From a bacterium (GTDB taxonomy: Bacteria; JACRDZ01; JAQUKH01): 44,935 bases of DNA. Both the position numbers and the translations under genes were made by a program. Location: contig JAQUKH010000023.1 of the NCBI GenBank assembly GCA_028719205.1, positions 1 to 44,935 of the forward strand. Reading direction: 5' to 3'. Shown here piece by piece: positions 27,235-36,826 of the stretch. Position 1 is the stretch's first letter, and each line of letters begins with the position of its first letter. The notes below the pieces were generated by a model that worked only from the letters and a program-made list of their open reading frames with translations, made no database searches and was not told the DNA's origin.

Positions 27235-27295
27235 ATAATAACAAATCTTTATTGAAAAGTCAATGCTGTAATTTTGCCTGGTTATCTGTTATAAT
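27235..27295. promoter_or_regulatory. Divergent sigma70-type promoters
   Basis: Minus: TTGACT (27263-27258), 17 nt, TGT-TATTAT (27240-27235). Plus: extended -10 TGT-TATAAT (27287-27295). Confidence 0.6.
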
Positions 27296-27353
27296 AAATT
27301 TAATGTAACATTTAAAAGTTTGTATGGTAAAAAGAGTGGAGGATTGGGTGTTT

Positions 27354-28460
27354 ATGCAGAGAATAAAATGGTTAACAGTGTTTTTATTGTTTTTAAATAT
27401 AAATTGCTACCGTGGATTAGTGAAAAAACAGGAAAATATTTTTCAAATAGAAGGTTCGGTAAGTTATAAGGATGAAGTATTGTCCGGTGCGGTAGTCGGG
27501 GTATATTTAGAGAACAAGGTTCAGGATAGCGGGGTTAGTGAAGAACCTTTTGTGAAACTTGTGACGGATGAAAACGGAAAATTTATAGTCAATTTACCCG
27601 CGGGTAATTATTATTTTAAAGCATGGAAAATAAAAGACGCAACTGGAAAATATTTACAGGAAAACGACCTCTTTTGTTTTTATGGCGGGAATCCCGTAAA
27701 CATCTCCGGATCAAAAGAAGATCTGATCTTGAAATGCGTGAAAATTCATTCCATACAGCGGCAAATTGACGAAAGCCTGGATCGGGCGGAACTAACCGGA
27801 AAGATAATTGACATAAACGGCCGGCCAATGGAGCGCGCCTATGTGTATCTTTTTTCTGTTTCCAATCCGGACCTCAGGAGAATGGCTGATATAGTTTCAG
27901 CGCCTACATTAAATGACGGCAGTTTTTCTGTTACATTTGATTCTGCCGGATATTATTTTTTAATGGTTAGAAAACGCCGGAATACGGAAGAAAGAGGCCC
28001 GTTAAAAACAGGTGATTATTATGGATATTATTATGCTAATCCTTTAGAGATCAAGGATAAAACGAAGAATTACCTGCAAATAGAATGCATAGAGAAGAAA
28101 AAAGACCAGCTGCCGGTTAATTTGATCAGTATACCTGTTGGGAAATCCGCTATCCGCGGGAGAATAATAGATAAAAATGGGAATCCGGTAAGCGGCATGT
28201 TCGCCTTTACATATAAAGATGAATTTAATACCGGTAAAAAACCGGATTACAAATCTATTATAACGGGAGAAGACGGGGGCTATACTATTCTTATTGAAGA
28301 GCCCGGTTTTTATGTTTTAGGGGCAAGAAAGACATATGGCGGGCCGCCGGAACCAGGTGATATTTTTGGATTTTACAATGGAACGGAAAATAATAAAATT
28401 GAAGTTAAAAAAAGGGAAGTTAGAGATAATATAGATATAATAGTTGAGGAGGTTAAATGA
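27354..28460 (+). CDS. Probable lipoprotein with three prealbumin-like beta-sandwich repeats
   Basis: Signal ending FLNINC; GYYFL.VRKR....GPLKTGDY..YY.NP; GARKTYGGPPEPGD.FG.YNG; DNIDIIVEE. Start placed at ATG 27354 after GGAGG. Confidence 0.65.
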   Translation: MQRIKWLTVFLLFLNINCYRGLVKKQENIFQIEGSVSYKDEVLSGAVVGVYLENKVQDSGVSEEPFVKLVTDENGKFIVNLPAGNYYFKAWKIKDATGKYLQENDLFCFYGGNPVNISGSKEDLILKCVKIHSIQRQIDESLDRAELTGKIIDINGRPMERAYVYLFSVSNPDLRRMADIVSAPTLNDGSFSVTFDSAGYYFLMVRKRRNTEERGPLKTGDYYGYYYANPLEIKDKTKNYLQIECIEKKKDQLPVNLISIPVGKSAIRGRIIDKNGNPVSGMFAFTYKDEFNTGKKPDYKSIITGEDGGYTILIEEPGFYVLGARKTYGGPPEPGDIFGFYNGTENNKIEVKKREVRDNIDIIVEEVK

Positions 28461-29857
28461 AAATAAAATCTATGTTATTTGTTATATTTATTCTTTTATT
28501 TGTTAATAGACGTTTGTATACGGCCGTATTAACGAACTTAATAATTACTGAAAATACTGTTTGGGATGGAGAAATAATTGTGCCGGATATTGTTCAGGTT
28601 GAAAGAACCGCGGTTTTGACTATTCAACCCGGAACTGTGATTAAATTCGCATCAAAAGCTGCGGGTTTAAATATAGAAGGTACTTTAATTGCTAACGGAA
28701 ATTATGACCAAAAAATAGTATTCAGGCCCTCGGATGAGAATGATTCAGCTTCCAGCTGGCAGGGGATTGTTTTTTATGGTATAGAGCCGGGCGCGTACAG
28801 CCAATTATCAAATTGTGTAATTAAATCAGCAAATAGCGGTGTTACATATAGCATGGAGGCAAAGGGAAAAATTGAAAATTGCGTTTTTTCTAAAAATGGC
28901 AGGGGGATTTATCTTTTACAGGAAAGCGAGGTAACGATAAAAAACACGGATTTTATGGAAAATTCCGAGGCCGGGATATTTTGTGAACGGTCATACGCAA
29001 AAATAATAAATAGCCGTTTTTTTGACAATAAAAAATGTGGCCTTATTTTTATCAGGGGTGGGAATAATATTGTTTACAGCAACCTTATTGAGAAAAATGG
29101 GAATGGTTTAATTCTTTCGCAGTTTGGTACAAACGCGGAAATAAGAAATAATATTATTCAGGAAAATGAGACCGGAATTTTGATAGAAAGATGGGCAGAT
29201 TCAAAACTCTCGCATAATACGTTAAAGAAAAACGGTACCGGTGTCCATCTCAACAGCGGAGGAAAGGCTCAAATTACTTTTAATGAAATTACCGGAAATA
29301 AAATCGGCATACTTAACGTGGAAAATTTCAGTTTGTCGGCTAATGATAACAATATTTATGAAAATACAGAATATGATATCAGTTTAAAAAACGTTTCCAG
29401 TGCTTATAACAGAAGAGACAAAATCAAAGATAGCCAGGATGTGTCAAAAATACCTTTTTTTGTGCGTGAAAAGCTTATGAAGGTTGCAGAGGAATATCTT
29501 CGGGAATATTTTGATGCCCGTGGAAATTTTTGGGGAGAAGAACTCACAAAAGAAATGAAGATTAAAGGTGAATCGGGGAATATAACTAAATTTTTTGATT
29601 TTTATGATAATCCTTCTGTTGAAATGGAAGGGATCCAATATAAATCAGATTATATACTTTATAAAGAATGGAGAGATAAACCGGTTGAAGGAGCTGGCGC
29701 GGCATTAAGATCTTCTTACGGCCCGGTTAAAGTAGATGATAACACAACTGAAGTGAATGTGGATAACATTCAATTGAAAAAAGGGGTTTTACCAAGGGGG
29801 CTTGGACCAAATACAGACCAGCCAATTGAAAATCAGCAGCAGAATCCAAATAAATAG
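28457..29857 (+). CDS. Exported right-handed parallel beta-helix protein (NosD/pectin-lyase fold)
   Basis: I.ENT.W.G.I.......V...A.LTI.PGT.I.F, W.GI.F, many N...N..GI repeats, DA.GNFWG; ATGA overlap with the upstream gene. Confidence 0.82.
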   Translation: MKIKSMLFVIFILLFVNRRLYTAVLTNLIITENTVWDGEIIVPDIVQVERTAVLTIQPGTVIKFASKAAGLNIEGTLIANGNYDQKIVFRPSDENDSASSWQGIVFYGIEPGAYSQLSNCVIKSANSGVTYSMEAKGKIENCVFSKNGRGIYLLQESEVTIKNTDFMENSEAGIFCERSYAKIINSRFFDNKKCGLIFIRGGNNIVYSNLIEKNGNGLILSQFGTNAEIRNNIIQENETGILIERWADSKLSHNTLKKNGTGVHLNSGGKAQITFNEITGNKIGILNVENFSLSANDNNIYENTEYDISLKNVSSAYNRRDKIKDSQDVSKIPFFVREKLMKVAEEYLREYFDARGNFWGEELTKEMKIKGESGNITKFFDFYDNPSVEMEGIQYKSDYILYKEWRDKPVEGAGAALRSSYGPVKVDDNTTEVNVDNIQLKKGVLPRGLGPNTDQPIENQQQNPNK

Positions 29858-29869
29858 TAACGTATAAAA

Positions 29870-31159
29870 TCAGAGTGTAATTTCTTTAATCCTGTTAGAA
29901 ATATTAATTATAATCCAATTATAAGTTACAGCCGCCAGAATCATAAAATAGGGCATGACTGCTAATCTTAAACGGTAGTCAGCATGAAATATTATACCAG
30001 TTATATTTACGGAAAGTATTAAAAAATAGAAGATGGATACGTCTTTCCACCTTTTTCGGGTAATATATGCCCCGGCTATAGCAAAAGGAACTGCAAGGGC
30101 AAAAGAGATGATAACAAATATCGGTTTTTTAATATTGACTGTATCGCAAACCGCCCAAATATAAAAACCGTCCCAAAAAGCAATTAATTTCAATGAAATA
30201 AGTTTAATAAGAATAGAAGGTTGTTCTTTTATTTTTTTCAAAGACATTCTTAAGAATATATCGTCAGATTCTTTTTCGTCCCTGCCTATCTCAGGTGTTG
30301 AGAAAAGAAGGTCTTCGGATTCAAGGTATGAATTCTCTCCGCTGTTCTCGAATTGTTTTTTGAAAGTAACGCGGCGCGGCATAGCCCATTGTGGCCTGGA
30401 AGCTCCGCGGCTGGAAGGATCATTTGAAAGCCATAATGTTAATCCGACTGTAGTTGTCAAAGGGACAAATTTTTTATATATTTGATAATTTCGCCAGGTC
30501 CAGGGGAGTATTACTATTAATGATGTGGTTACTAAAACCGTTCCAAAGATAATTGATTTTTTGAAATCCTTTATCATCACTATTTTCCAGATAAAAACAA
30601 AAATGAACATAAAAGGGAAAATAGGCCGCGTAAGAAGAGATAAAGCCAGAAAGATCCCGGCTAAAAAAGCGTTCCTTAAATCAGGTTTTTCGCTTTCTTT
30701 TACCATAAAATAAGTAAATATTAAAGTTATAAAAGTCAGTAAAGATTCAGAAAATATCTGGCTGGTGAATATTATCAAAGGAGGGTCAATGGCAGATAAT
30801 ACAGCGGCGATCATTGCTGTTTTATTGTCAAAAATTTCAATGGTTATTAAATAAACAAAAATTGGTATCAAAGCGTCAACGATTGATTGAAAAAATCTTG
30901 CTATGGAATAACTGTGCCCGAATATTTTATAGATTATTGCCAGAAAGAAAGGATAAGCGGGCGTTTTTCTGCTTGTAGGTATATTATTGGGGGGTAGTGT
31001 AAAACCGTGTCCATTCGCAATATTAAGGGCCACCTTATCAAAATATTTACCGTCGCTGGTTGGAGGAGTATCGGGGTCAGCAAGAAAGAAATTATAGGTT
31101 AATCTTAATGCAAGAGAAAATAAAAAAATTAAAATTAAAAATTTATTTTTATTATCCAT
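29870..31159 (-). CDS. ArnT/PMT-like GT-C glycosyltransferase (paralog 4)
   Basis: DG.YFD.VA.NIA.G.GF...PTSRK.P.YP.FLA, FSESL, L..LTRP, PWT.RNY, ADYRLR..V.P. Confidence 0.85.
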   Translation of the reverse strand: MDNKNKFLILIFLFSLALRLTYNFFLADPDTPPTSDGKYFDKVALNIANGHGFTLPPNNIPTSRKTPAYPFFLAIIYKIFGHSYSIARFFQSIVDALIPIFVYLITIEIFDNKTAMIAAVLSAIDPPLIIFTSQIFSESLLTFITLIFTYFMVKESEKPDLRNAFLAGIFLALSLLTRPIFPFMFIFVFIWKIVMIKDFKKSIIFGTVLVTTSLIVILPWTWRNYQIYKKFVPLTTTVGLTLWLSNDPSSRGASRPQWAMPRRVTFKKQFENSGENSYLESEDLLFSTPEIGRDEKESDDIFLRMSLKKIKEQPSILIKLISLKLIAFWDGFYIWAVCDTVNIKKPIFVIISFALAVPFAIAGAYITRKRWKDVSIFYFLILSVNITGIIFHADYRLRLAVMPYFMILAAVTYNWIIINISNRIKEITL

Positions 31160-31167
31160 ATTGATTT

Positions 31168-32463
31168 TTATTGTTTTAAATATTCTATGGCTAATTTAGC
31201 GCATTTTACACCCTGCAGGCAGGCCGCGTTGATAGGCCTTTTAGGATAGCAATTGATCATACCGCCAACAAAAAAACCGCTGATCGGGGTAGTGCATTCC
31301 GGAATAAATTTGAGCAAACCTTTATTGTAAATAAGCCCCGCGGAATCAGTTTTTAATACTTTCACCCATTTTATGTCATTTTGATCAAATCCGGTAAATA
31401 ATTTTTTCAAATCTGTTATATAAAGTTCGATCAGGTTTTTTTCTTCCATCGCCCATAAGGATGAATCATCATCAACATAATTTGCCAGATAAATAATATG
31501 TTCCTTATACATGGAAAGATCCTGGAAATTAGTGTGTTCGATTACGGCTTTAAAACTTATTTCTTTGTTCATAATATTTATCCAGTAAAAATCAGTAAGT
31601 TTTTTATTTAACCCCATAAGCACACAAATGTTTTTCTGATATTTAAGATTGGACAGTTTTAATTTGTAATCAGAGGGGAAATCAACTATTTTAGAAAGGG
31701 CAGCGGGGGGGATTGAGCTTATTACCGCGTTTGATGTAATAACCTGCTGGCTGGTTTTAATATTGAATGATCCGCCGGTTTGTTTTTCAATTTTCTCTAT
31801 GGGGGAATTAAGAAATATTTTACCGTTTTTTGATATTATATAGTCCGCTAAACAGTCTATCATGACTTTGAAACTTCCGTCTACGTATCCTAACATTTCT
31901 CCTTTTGACGAACGGGCAGACCGCATTTTTATTCTGCCCAGAAGCCACGCGGCCGATGTTTTTTCAGCATTTTTGCCGAATTTTGATTGGAGCATCGGTT
32001 CAAAGAAAACTTTATATACATTTTCGCCGGTATGTTTTATGATCCATTCTTTTGCCGTTATCTCATCATAGCTGGCAATATCTTTTATCAAAAGCGTTAT
32101 AGCCAGCAATTTAGCAAGCCGGACGCGTTCAAGAATGGAAAGCCTGTTGAATTTTAAAAGATCAAAGGCATTTGTTAATTTGTAAAATTTGTCTAAAAAA
32201 TGGAAGGCTGTAAGGGTTGGATAAAATTTTATTTTAAAACCTAATTCCTTTGATAAATTGAAAAGGTAATAATTATCCACAAAAACATGATGATAATAAC
32301 CTTCGATATAATAATCCCTTATCTTGATGGGCATAATCGCGCCCCCGAGGAAGCCTTCTTTTTCGATTACCGCGACCTTTAACCCGGCTTTAGATGCCTC
32401 ATAACCGGCAGTAAGCCCCGCTATGCCTCCGCCGATCACAGCTATATCAAAATTTTCTTTCAT
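31168..32463 (-). CDS. FAD-dependent oxidoreductase (amine oxidase/protoporphyrinogen oxidase-like fold)
   Basis: AVIGGGIAGL.A, IEK...LGG, IE.YYHH.F, P.L.SKFG, SAAWL..R, LGY..G.F, YW.NI, IEHTNF. Confidence 0.85.
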   Translation of the reverse strand: MKENFDIAVIGGGIAGLTAGYEASKAGLKVAVIEKEGFLGGAIMPIKIRDYYIEGYYHHVFVDNYYLFNLSKELGFKIKFYPTLTAFHFLDKFYKLTNAFDLLKFNRLSILERVRLAKLLAITLLIKDIASYDEITAKEWIIKHTGENVYKVFFEPMLQSKFGKNAEKTSAAWLLGRIKMRSARSSKGEMLGYVDGSFKVMIDCLADYIISKNGKIFLNSPIEKIEKQTGGSFNIKTSQQVITSNAVISSIPPAALSKIVDFPSDYKLKLSNLKYQKNICVLMGLNKKLTDFYWINIMNKEISFKAVIEHTNFQDLSMYKEHIIYLANYVDDDSSLWAMEEKNLIELYITDLKKLFTGFDQNDIKWVKVLKTDSAGLIYNKGLLKFIPECTTPISGFFVGGMINCYPKRPINAACLQGVKCAKLAIEYLKQ

Positions 32464-33185
32464 TTTAATTCCTTTTTTAGCTTTAAAAGATAATTTATAC
32501 TTTTTATCTGTTTAAAAGGATTTAAATAATGGCCTTTACGATATCTCCATTTTAACGGGAGTTCCTCCGTTCTTAAACCTTCTTTTTTCGCGCGAAGAAG
32601 TAATTCCGTATCCCAGGTCCATCCTCTCTGAAAAGTCGGGTCATACCCCATTTTAGTTACCAAATCCAATAATACATCTTTTTTAAATATTTTTAAACCG
32701 CATTGATGGTCAAGTATATCAGAGGAAAAATAGATTTTTACAAAGAAGTTATAAATTTTGCTGTAAAAAAGACGCAATATTTTCCTTTTAACATCCGCGC
32801 CTTTAACATATCTGCTGCCGATCGCGATATCTGTCCCGTTTTTTATTTTATCGATAAACGCAGGGATTATGTTGATATCGGCAGACAGGTCAGCGTCTGT
32901 AAAAAACACGATATTTCCTTTTGCTTCTTTAAATGACCGCGCCAGATTTTCTCTTTTGGACGGCCCGGTATTATATCTGATATATTTTATTCTTTTATCA
33001 CTGATACTTTTATCAATTATAATTTTGGCGCTATTATCCGTTGACGCGTCGTCTATAACAAACACCTCAAAGGTATAACCTGATTTATTTAAAAATGGAA
33101 CAATTGTATCAAGGCATTTTCCGATTATTTTTTCTTCATTATAACAAGGGATGAAACAGGAAATTTCAGATGTATTTTCCGCCAA
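32460..33185 (-). CDS. GT2, polyprenyl-phosphate sugar synthase (DPM/DPG synthase)-like
   Basis: IPCYNE, IDDASTD, FTDADL, AIGSRY, D.QCG.K.F, WDTELL.RA, E.P..W; TTG start with AGGAG RBS. Confidence 0.9.
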   Translation of the reverse strand: MAENTSEISCFIPCYNEEKIIGKCLDTIVPFLNKSGYTFEVFVIDDASTDNSAKIIIDKSISDKRIKYIRYNTGPSKRENLARSFKEAKGNIVFFTDADLSADINIIPAFIDKIKNGTDIAIGSRYVKGADVKRKILRLFYSKIYNFFVKIYFSSDILDHQCGLKIFKKDVLLDLVTKMGYDPTFQRGWTWDTELLLRAKKEGLRTEELPLKWRYRKGHYLNPFKQIKSINYLLKLKKELK

Positions 33186-33216
33186 AATAAGCTCCTAAGG
33201 CTCTGTATTACAGAGC

Positions 33217-34293
33217 CTATAGTTTTACCAGCCAATAAAACAGTTCCGGGTAAAATTTTAAATTGAATAATATATTTGTGGTTAAGAAACACTCATGCGT
33301 GCAGAAACATTGTGATTTTTTTATATATTCTCTTATTTCATCCGCTTTGGGAGAAAACCATATTTTATTAAAATCATATCCGTTTTCCCTGAGATTTCCG
33401 AACTTTTTGTCCAAAAGTTCACATGGATATACATCGCCGTTCTCAAAAATAACACCGTTCAATAATCCCGCGTAACACGGACAAAAACTTCTTTTTTCTC
33501 TGACCACCCGGGCCGTCAGGTTCCGCCGGACCAGATTTTTCGCGCTGTTGAACCTGGAGAGTATCAGGCGATTCCGGAAATCCTTAAAACTGCCTGTCTT
33601 AACTTCTTTTTCCAATATTTTATTCAGATCTTCATAATATTTAATATCAACATTTTTACACTCAGGATCTCTTGGTTTGCCGCGGACCAGAAATGGCGCC
33701 CATGATTCTATTCCGAGATCCCTGGTCACAAAATCATATATTTCCGGCAGCCTGTGCTGGTTCATTGTGGAAATAGTAGTGATGACGCCGATGTTTAATT
33801 TATTATTTGTATTTCTTAATTCTTTCAACCGCCGGATGTTTTCGACAGCTTTTTCGAACAGGCCGTCCATTCCTCTTATTTCGTCATGATCCTTTCCTAA
33901 TGAATCCAGAGAGAAATTTATGTTTAAAGCAGCCTCAGGGCAATTTTTCAGGATGTTTTTCGCGTTTTTGATAATACTGTCCCCGAGAAAACCGTTTGTG
34001 GGCATGGCAATGATCCGGGCGTCATTATTATGATAAAAGATCTTAGCTATTTCGCCGATATCGTCTCTTAAAAAAGGCTCCCCGCCGGTTAAAAGTAAAA
34101 AAGACAGTTTATTCATTGTTTTAGATATCTTTTCTATCTCCTCAAGGCTCAAGTCAGGCGCGGTGAATTGTCTTTTCCAGTAAAAGCAATGATGGCATTT
34201 CGCTATGCATCTTGAAGTAATAAAAAAGATGAGATAGTTCGGGCCGTCAGCCCTTTTATCAAATATTCGTCTTATCAATCTTAGTTTATTCAT
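33217..34293 (-). CDS. Radical SAM protein with twitch/SPASM-type domain
   Basis: CIAKCHHC, TGGEPFLR.D, PTNG, SLD.....HD.IRG, CYAG......ENGDVYPCE, CFCTHEC; paralog of 22870-23940. Confidence 0.9.
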   Translation of the reverse strand: MNKLRLIRRIFDKRADGPNYLIFFITSRCIAKCHHCFYWKRQFTAPDLSLEEIEKISKTMNKLSFLLLTGGEPFLRDDIGEIAKIFYHNNDARIIAMPTNGFLGDSIIKNAKNILKNCPEAALNINFSLDSLGKDHDEIRGMDGLFEKAVENIRRLKELRNTNNKLNIGVITTISTMNQHRLPEIYDFVTRDLGIESWAPFLVRGKPRDPECKNVDIKYYEDLNKILEKEVKTGSFKDFRNRLILSRFNSAKNLVRRNLTARVVREKRSFCPCYAGLLNGVIFENGDVYPCELLDKKFGNLRENGYDFNKIWFSPKADEIREYIKKSQCFCTHECFLTTNILFNLKFYPELFYWLVKL

Positions 34294-35672
34294 ATAAATC
34301 TTTTCGCGAAGACAGCAATTTTTTTAAGTTCATCAAGTGAATGGATTTTTTTTACCATATTATACAATACCGATGGTTTAAAGTAAAAATTAATATATGC
34401 CTGTTTTATTAATTTAGATACCTGGGCGTTGTTCATGGGATAAGGCTGATAAAAATCATTATAATAATTCCACTTGCTGATATCTTTATTTATCTTTCCC
34501 ATTTTCGAGAGATCTTCAAACATTTTTGTTCCGGGGGCAAGAAGGCATCTTATAAAAGAAGCGTAATCAAGTTTTAACTGCCGGGCGTATTGGATCGTCT
34601 GGCGGCCTTCTTCATATGATTCATTTAATATTCCGAACATAAATCTTCCATAGGTTTCAATGCCGGAATTTTTGATCCGCGCTATCTGGTCTTCAATAAG
34701 CGAAAGTGATATGTGGTTTCCGCGGATATAATCCCGGTTTTTCTGAACGCCGGATTCAATGGCGCAATGTATGCGAAAGCAGCCGGCGGACCTCATTAGC
34801 GCCAGTAATTCGTCATCTAATTGGAAATTTGTAAGATATATGCTCCACTTAAAAGAAATTTTTTGTTTTATGATCTCATTGCATAATTTAACCGCTTCAT
34901 TACGGTTAGTTTCAAAAATAGAACTGTCATCATAAAAATTTATAGTTTTAATATTATATTTATTTATATTGTTTTGTATTTCATTAATGATTTCCGGGGC
35001 GTTTCTTATTTGTAAATTAGCCGTGCTTTTTCCAACGTTGCAAAAAGCGCAATGCCGGCCGCATCCTATGGTAGTGAACATATGGATAAAAGGCAGTTGG
35101 CAAAAAAGGCCGATATTCGGGATATATCTATTGACCGGTCCGTCAAGGAGCTCATAATCAGGTTCGAAATATCGCGGTATTTTTTTAGGATCAGCATAAT
35201 AAATTTTTTCTATTTTCTCTCCGTTTTCCAGTTTTTTTACGATCTCTATCATTGTTTGTTCGCCCTGTCCAATAACAATAGAGGCCGTTTCAGGAATATC
35301 TTCAAGGGATTTTCCTTTGGCATAATTAACATGGTGCCCGCCAAGAATGATTTTTACATCGGGAAGAGCTTCTTTAACCGCTTTACAAAGTTTACGGGTT
35401 TCGTTCCATAAACAGCTTATAGTGCTTATCCCGACCACATCAGGGTTTGTTTTAATTATAATTTTTAATATTTCATCCTGGCCATTAAAATAACCGTCAA
35501 TAACATTAACAAAATGCCCCTGTGCTTTTAAAGCCGAACCGATGCAAAGTATCCCGGTTGGAGGCAATATACCCAATGATGTAACATCTGAGTCAGCGTT
35601 TTTTGCCCGGGATGAGTTATTTCCTTTAAGTATTGAATAATTCCAGGGTGGGATAAGTAATACTATTTTCAT
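34290..35672 (-). CDS. Cobalamin-binding radical SAM protein (3)
   Basis: KIVLLIPP, PP.G...I, ILGG.H, GQGE, GCGRHCAFC, FYDD, IESG.Q, FMFG...E, FYFKP. Confidence 0.9.
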   Translation of the reverse strand: MKIVLLIPPWNYSILKGNNSSRAKNADSDVTSLGILPPTGILCIGSALKAQGHFVNVIDGYFNGQDEILKIIIKTNPDVVGISTISCLWNETRKLCKAVKEALPDVKIILGGHHVNYAKGKSLEDIPETASIVIGQGEQTMIEIVKKLENGEKIEKIYYADPKKIPRYFEPDYELLDGPVNRYIPNIGLFCQLPFIHMFTTIGCGRHCAFCNVGKSTANLQIRNAPEIINEIQNNINKYNIKTINFYDDSSIFETNRNEAVKLCNEIIKQKISFKWSIYLTNFQLDDELLALMRSAGCFRIHCAIESGVQKNRDYIRGNHISLSLIEDQIARIKNSGIETYGRFMFGILNESYEEGRQTIQYARQLKLDYASFIRCLLAPGTKMFEDLSKMGKINKDISKWNYYNDFYQPYPMNNAQVSKLIKQAYINFYFKPSVLYNMVKKIHSLDELKKIAVFAKRFI

Positions 35673-36685
35673 TTGTTACCCAGATGGTTAAAATGCAGGA
35701 ATATTCCGTTAATAACAGCCAAACCGAAGATAAAATTATTCAAGATGACCAATGGTACGCTTTTTAAAGCGAAAAAAACACCTTCTGATACGGCTAAATA
35801 ATATAAAAATTGTGATTGGGATGCTAAAAACGATGCTGTCCCGATTAAATTCAGGATCAGGAAAAAGGTATTTTTTGTATAAAAAAATAAAATAATAAAT
35901 AATACAGATAAGTAAAGCGAAGGGATACTGATAATAAAATTCGTGTTGCTGTTTGGATGTTGTTTTTTGTTAATGATATTAAACCATTTGTAATCAAAAA
36001 ACGCTTTTATATAATCAGAACCTTTATTGAAGTCGTTTGCAATAAGTTTCAGGAGATCATATTTCTTGTTATGGGTTACTTCCAAATTCGGGTCAAAATT
36101 TATTTTAAATCCCATTTTTTTCAGTTTTTTCCCAAAGATGATATCTTCAACACGGGGTTTGGTTATATTTTTGTCAAACCCCCCGCTTTGTTCAAAAACA
36201 TCTTTTTTTATCGCGGAAATAGAGGTATGTAAACAAGATACATCACTGGATAATTTCAGAAAACTATACCGGATGAATAAATTTTTGAATTTACTCATTA
36301 AATCGTTATTAGGGCATTCTTTTGTATATAATCCGATCAGGCAATCAATATCCGGCGAGGTAAAAATATCAGCTATATAAGACAGCGTGTTTGATTTTAT
36401 CAATACATCGGAATCAATAAAAAGAAAGATTTCCCCTGACGCTAAAGATGCCCCTGTATTTCGGGCGCTGGAGGGGCCTTGGTTATAATCAAGTTTAACG
36501 AGGCGGTAATCAAATTTTTTAACTATTTTTGAAATATCTTCTTTTGAAGCGTCATCAACGACTATGACTTCATAATTTTTGTAATCTGAATTGTTAATAC
36601 TTAAAAGTGTTTTCCCGAGTTCTTTCGGTTGGCCGTAAGCGGGTATGATTATTGATATTTTGGGGTACGCAGGATTAGTATGCAT
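35669..36685 (-). CDS. GT2 glycosyltransferase with C-terminal membrane helices
   Basis: ISIIIPAY, VVDDAS, GPS.ARN.GA, FIDSDV, GGFD, VEDI.FG, V.H. Confidence 0.92.
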   Translation of the reverse strand: MHTNPAYPKISIIIPAYGQPKELGKTLLSINNSDYKNYEVIVVDDASKEDISKIVKKFDYRLVKLDYNQGPSSARNTGASLASGEIFLFIDSDVLIKSNTLSYIADIFTSPDIDCLIGLYTKECPNNDLMSKFKNLFIRYSFLKLSSDVSCLHTSISAIKKDVFEQSGGFDKNITKPRVEDIIFGKKLKKMGFKINFDPNLEVTHNKKYDLLKLIANDFNKGSDYIKAFFDYKWFNIINKKQHPNSNTNFIISIPSLYLSVLFIILFFYTKNTFFLILNLIGTASFLASQSQFLYYLAVSEGVFFALKSVPLVILNNFIFGLAVINGIFLHFNHLGNK

Positions 36686-36784
36686 TTTGGTGTTCTTCTC
36701 ATTTTTATTATATATTATATAAGATATTATACTAATAATATACCTATTTGTTCCATAATACCTTCTTAAAGAAAATATATTTTA

Positions 36785-36793
36785 TGGTATAAT
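36785..36793 (+). promoter_or_regulatory. Extended -10 element for the rightward GT2/radical SAM operon
   Basis: TGG-TATAAT in the AT-rich divergent gap 36686-36826. Confidence 0.5.
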
Positions 36794-36826
36794 TTAAATA
36801 TATACAAAAACAAAAGAATAATAAAA

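Noticed and set aside
27251-27264. ATTGAAAAGTCAAT as an FNR/CRP box
   Set aside because: Spacing is 2 nt short of TTGAT-N4-ATCAA; explained by the purM -35 hexamer.
31168-32463. Label as hemY/protoporphyrinogen oxidase
   Set aside because: Only the fold is shared; no heme genes adjacent and it is coupled to glycosyltransferases.
12670-34293. RiPP maturation by the SPASM/twitch enzymes
   Set aside because: No adjacent precursor peptide, RRE/PqqD domain, peptidase or exporter; neighbours are sugar enzymes.
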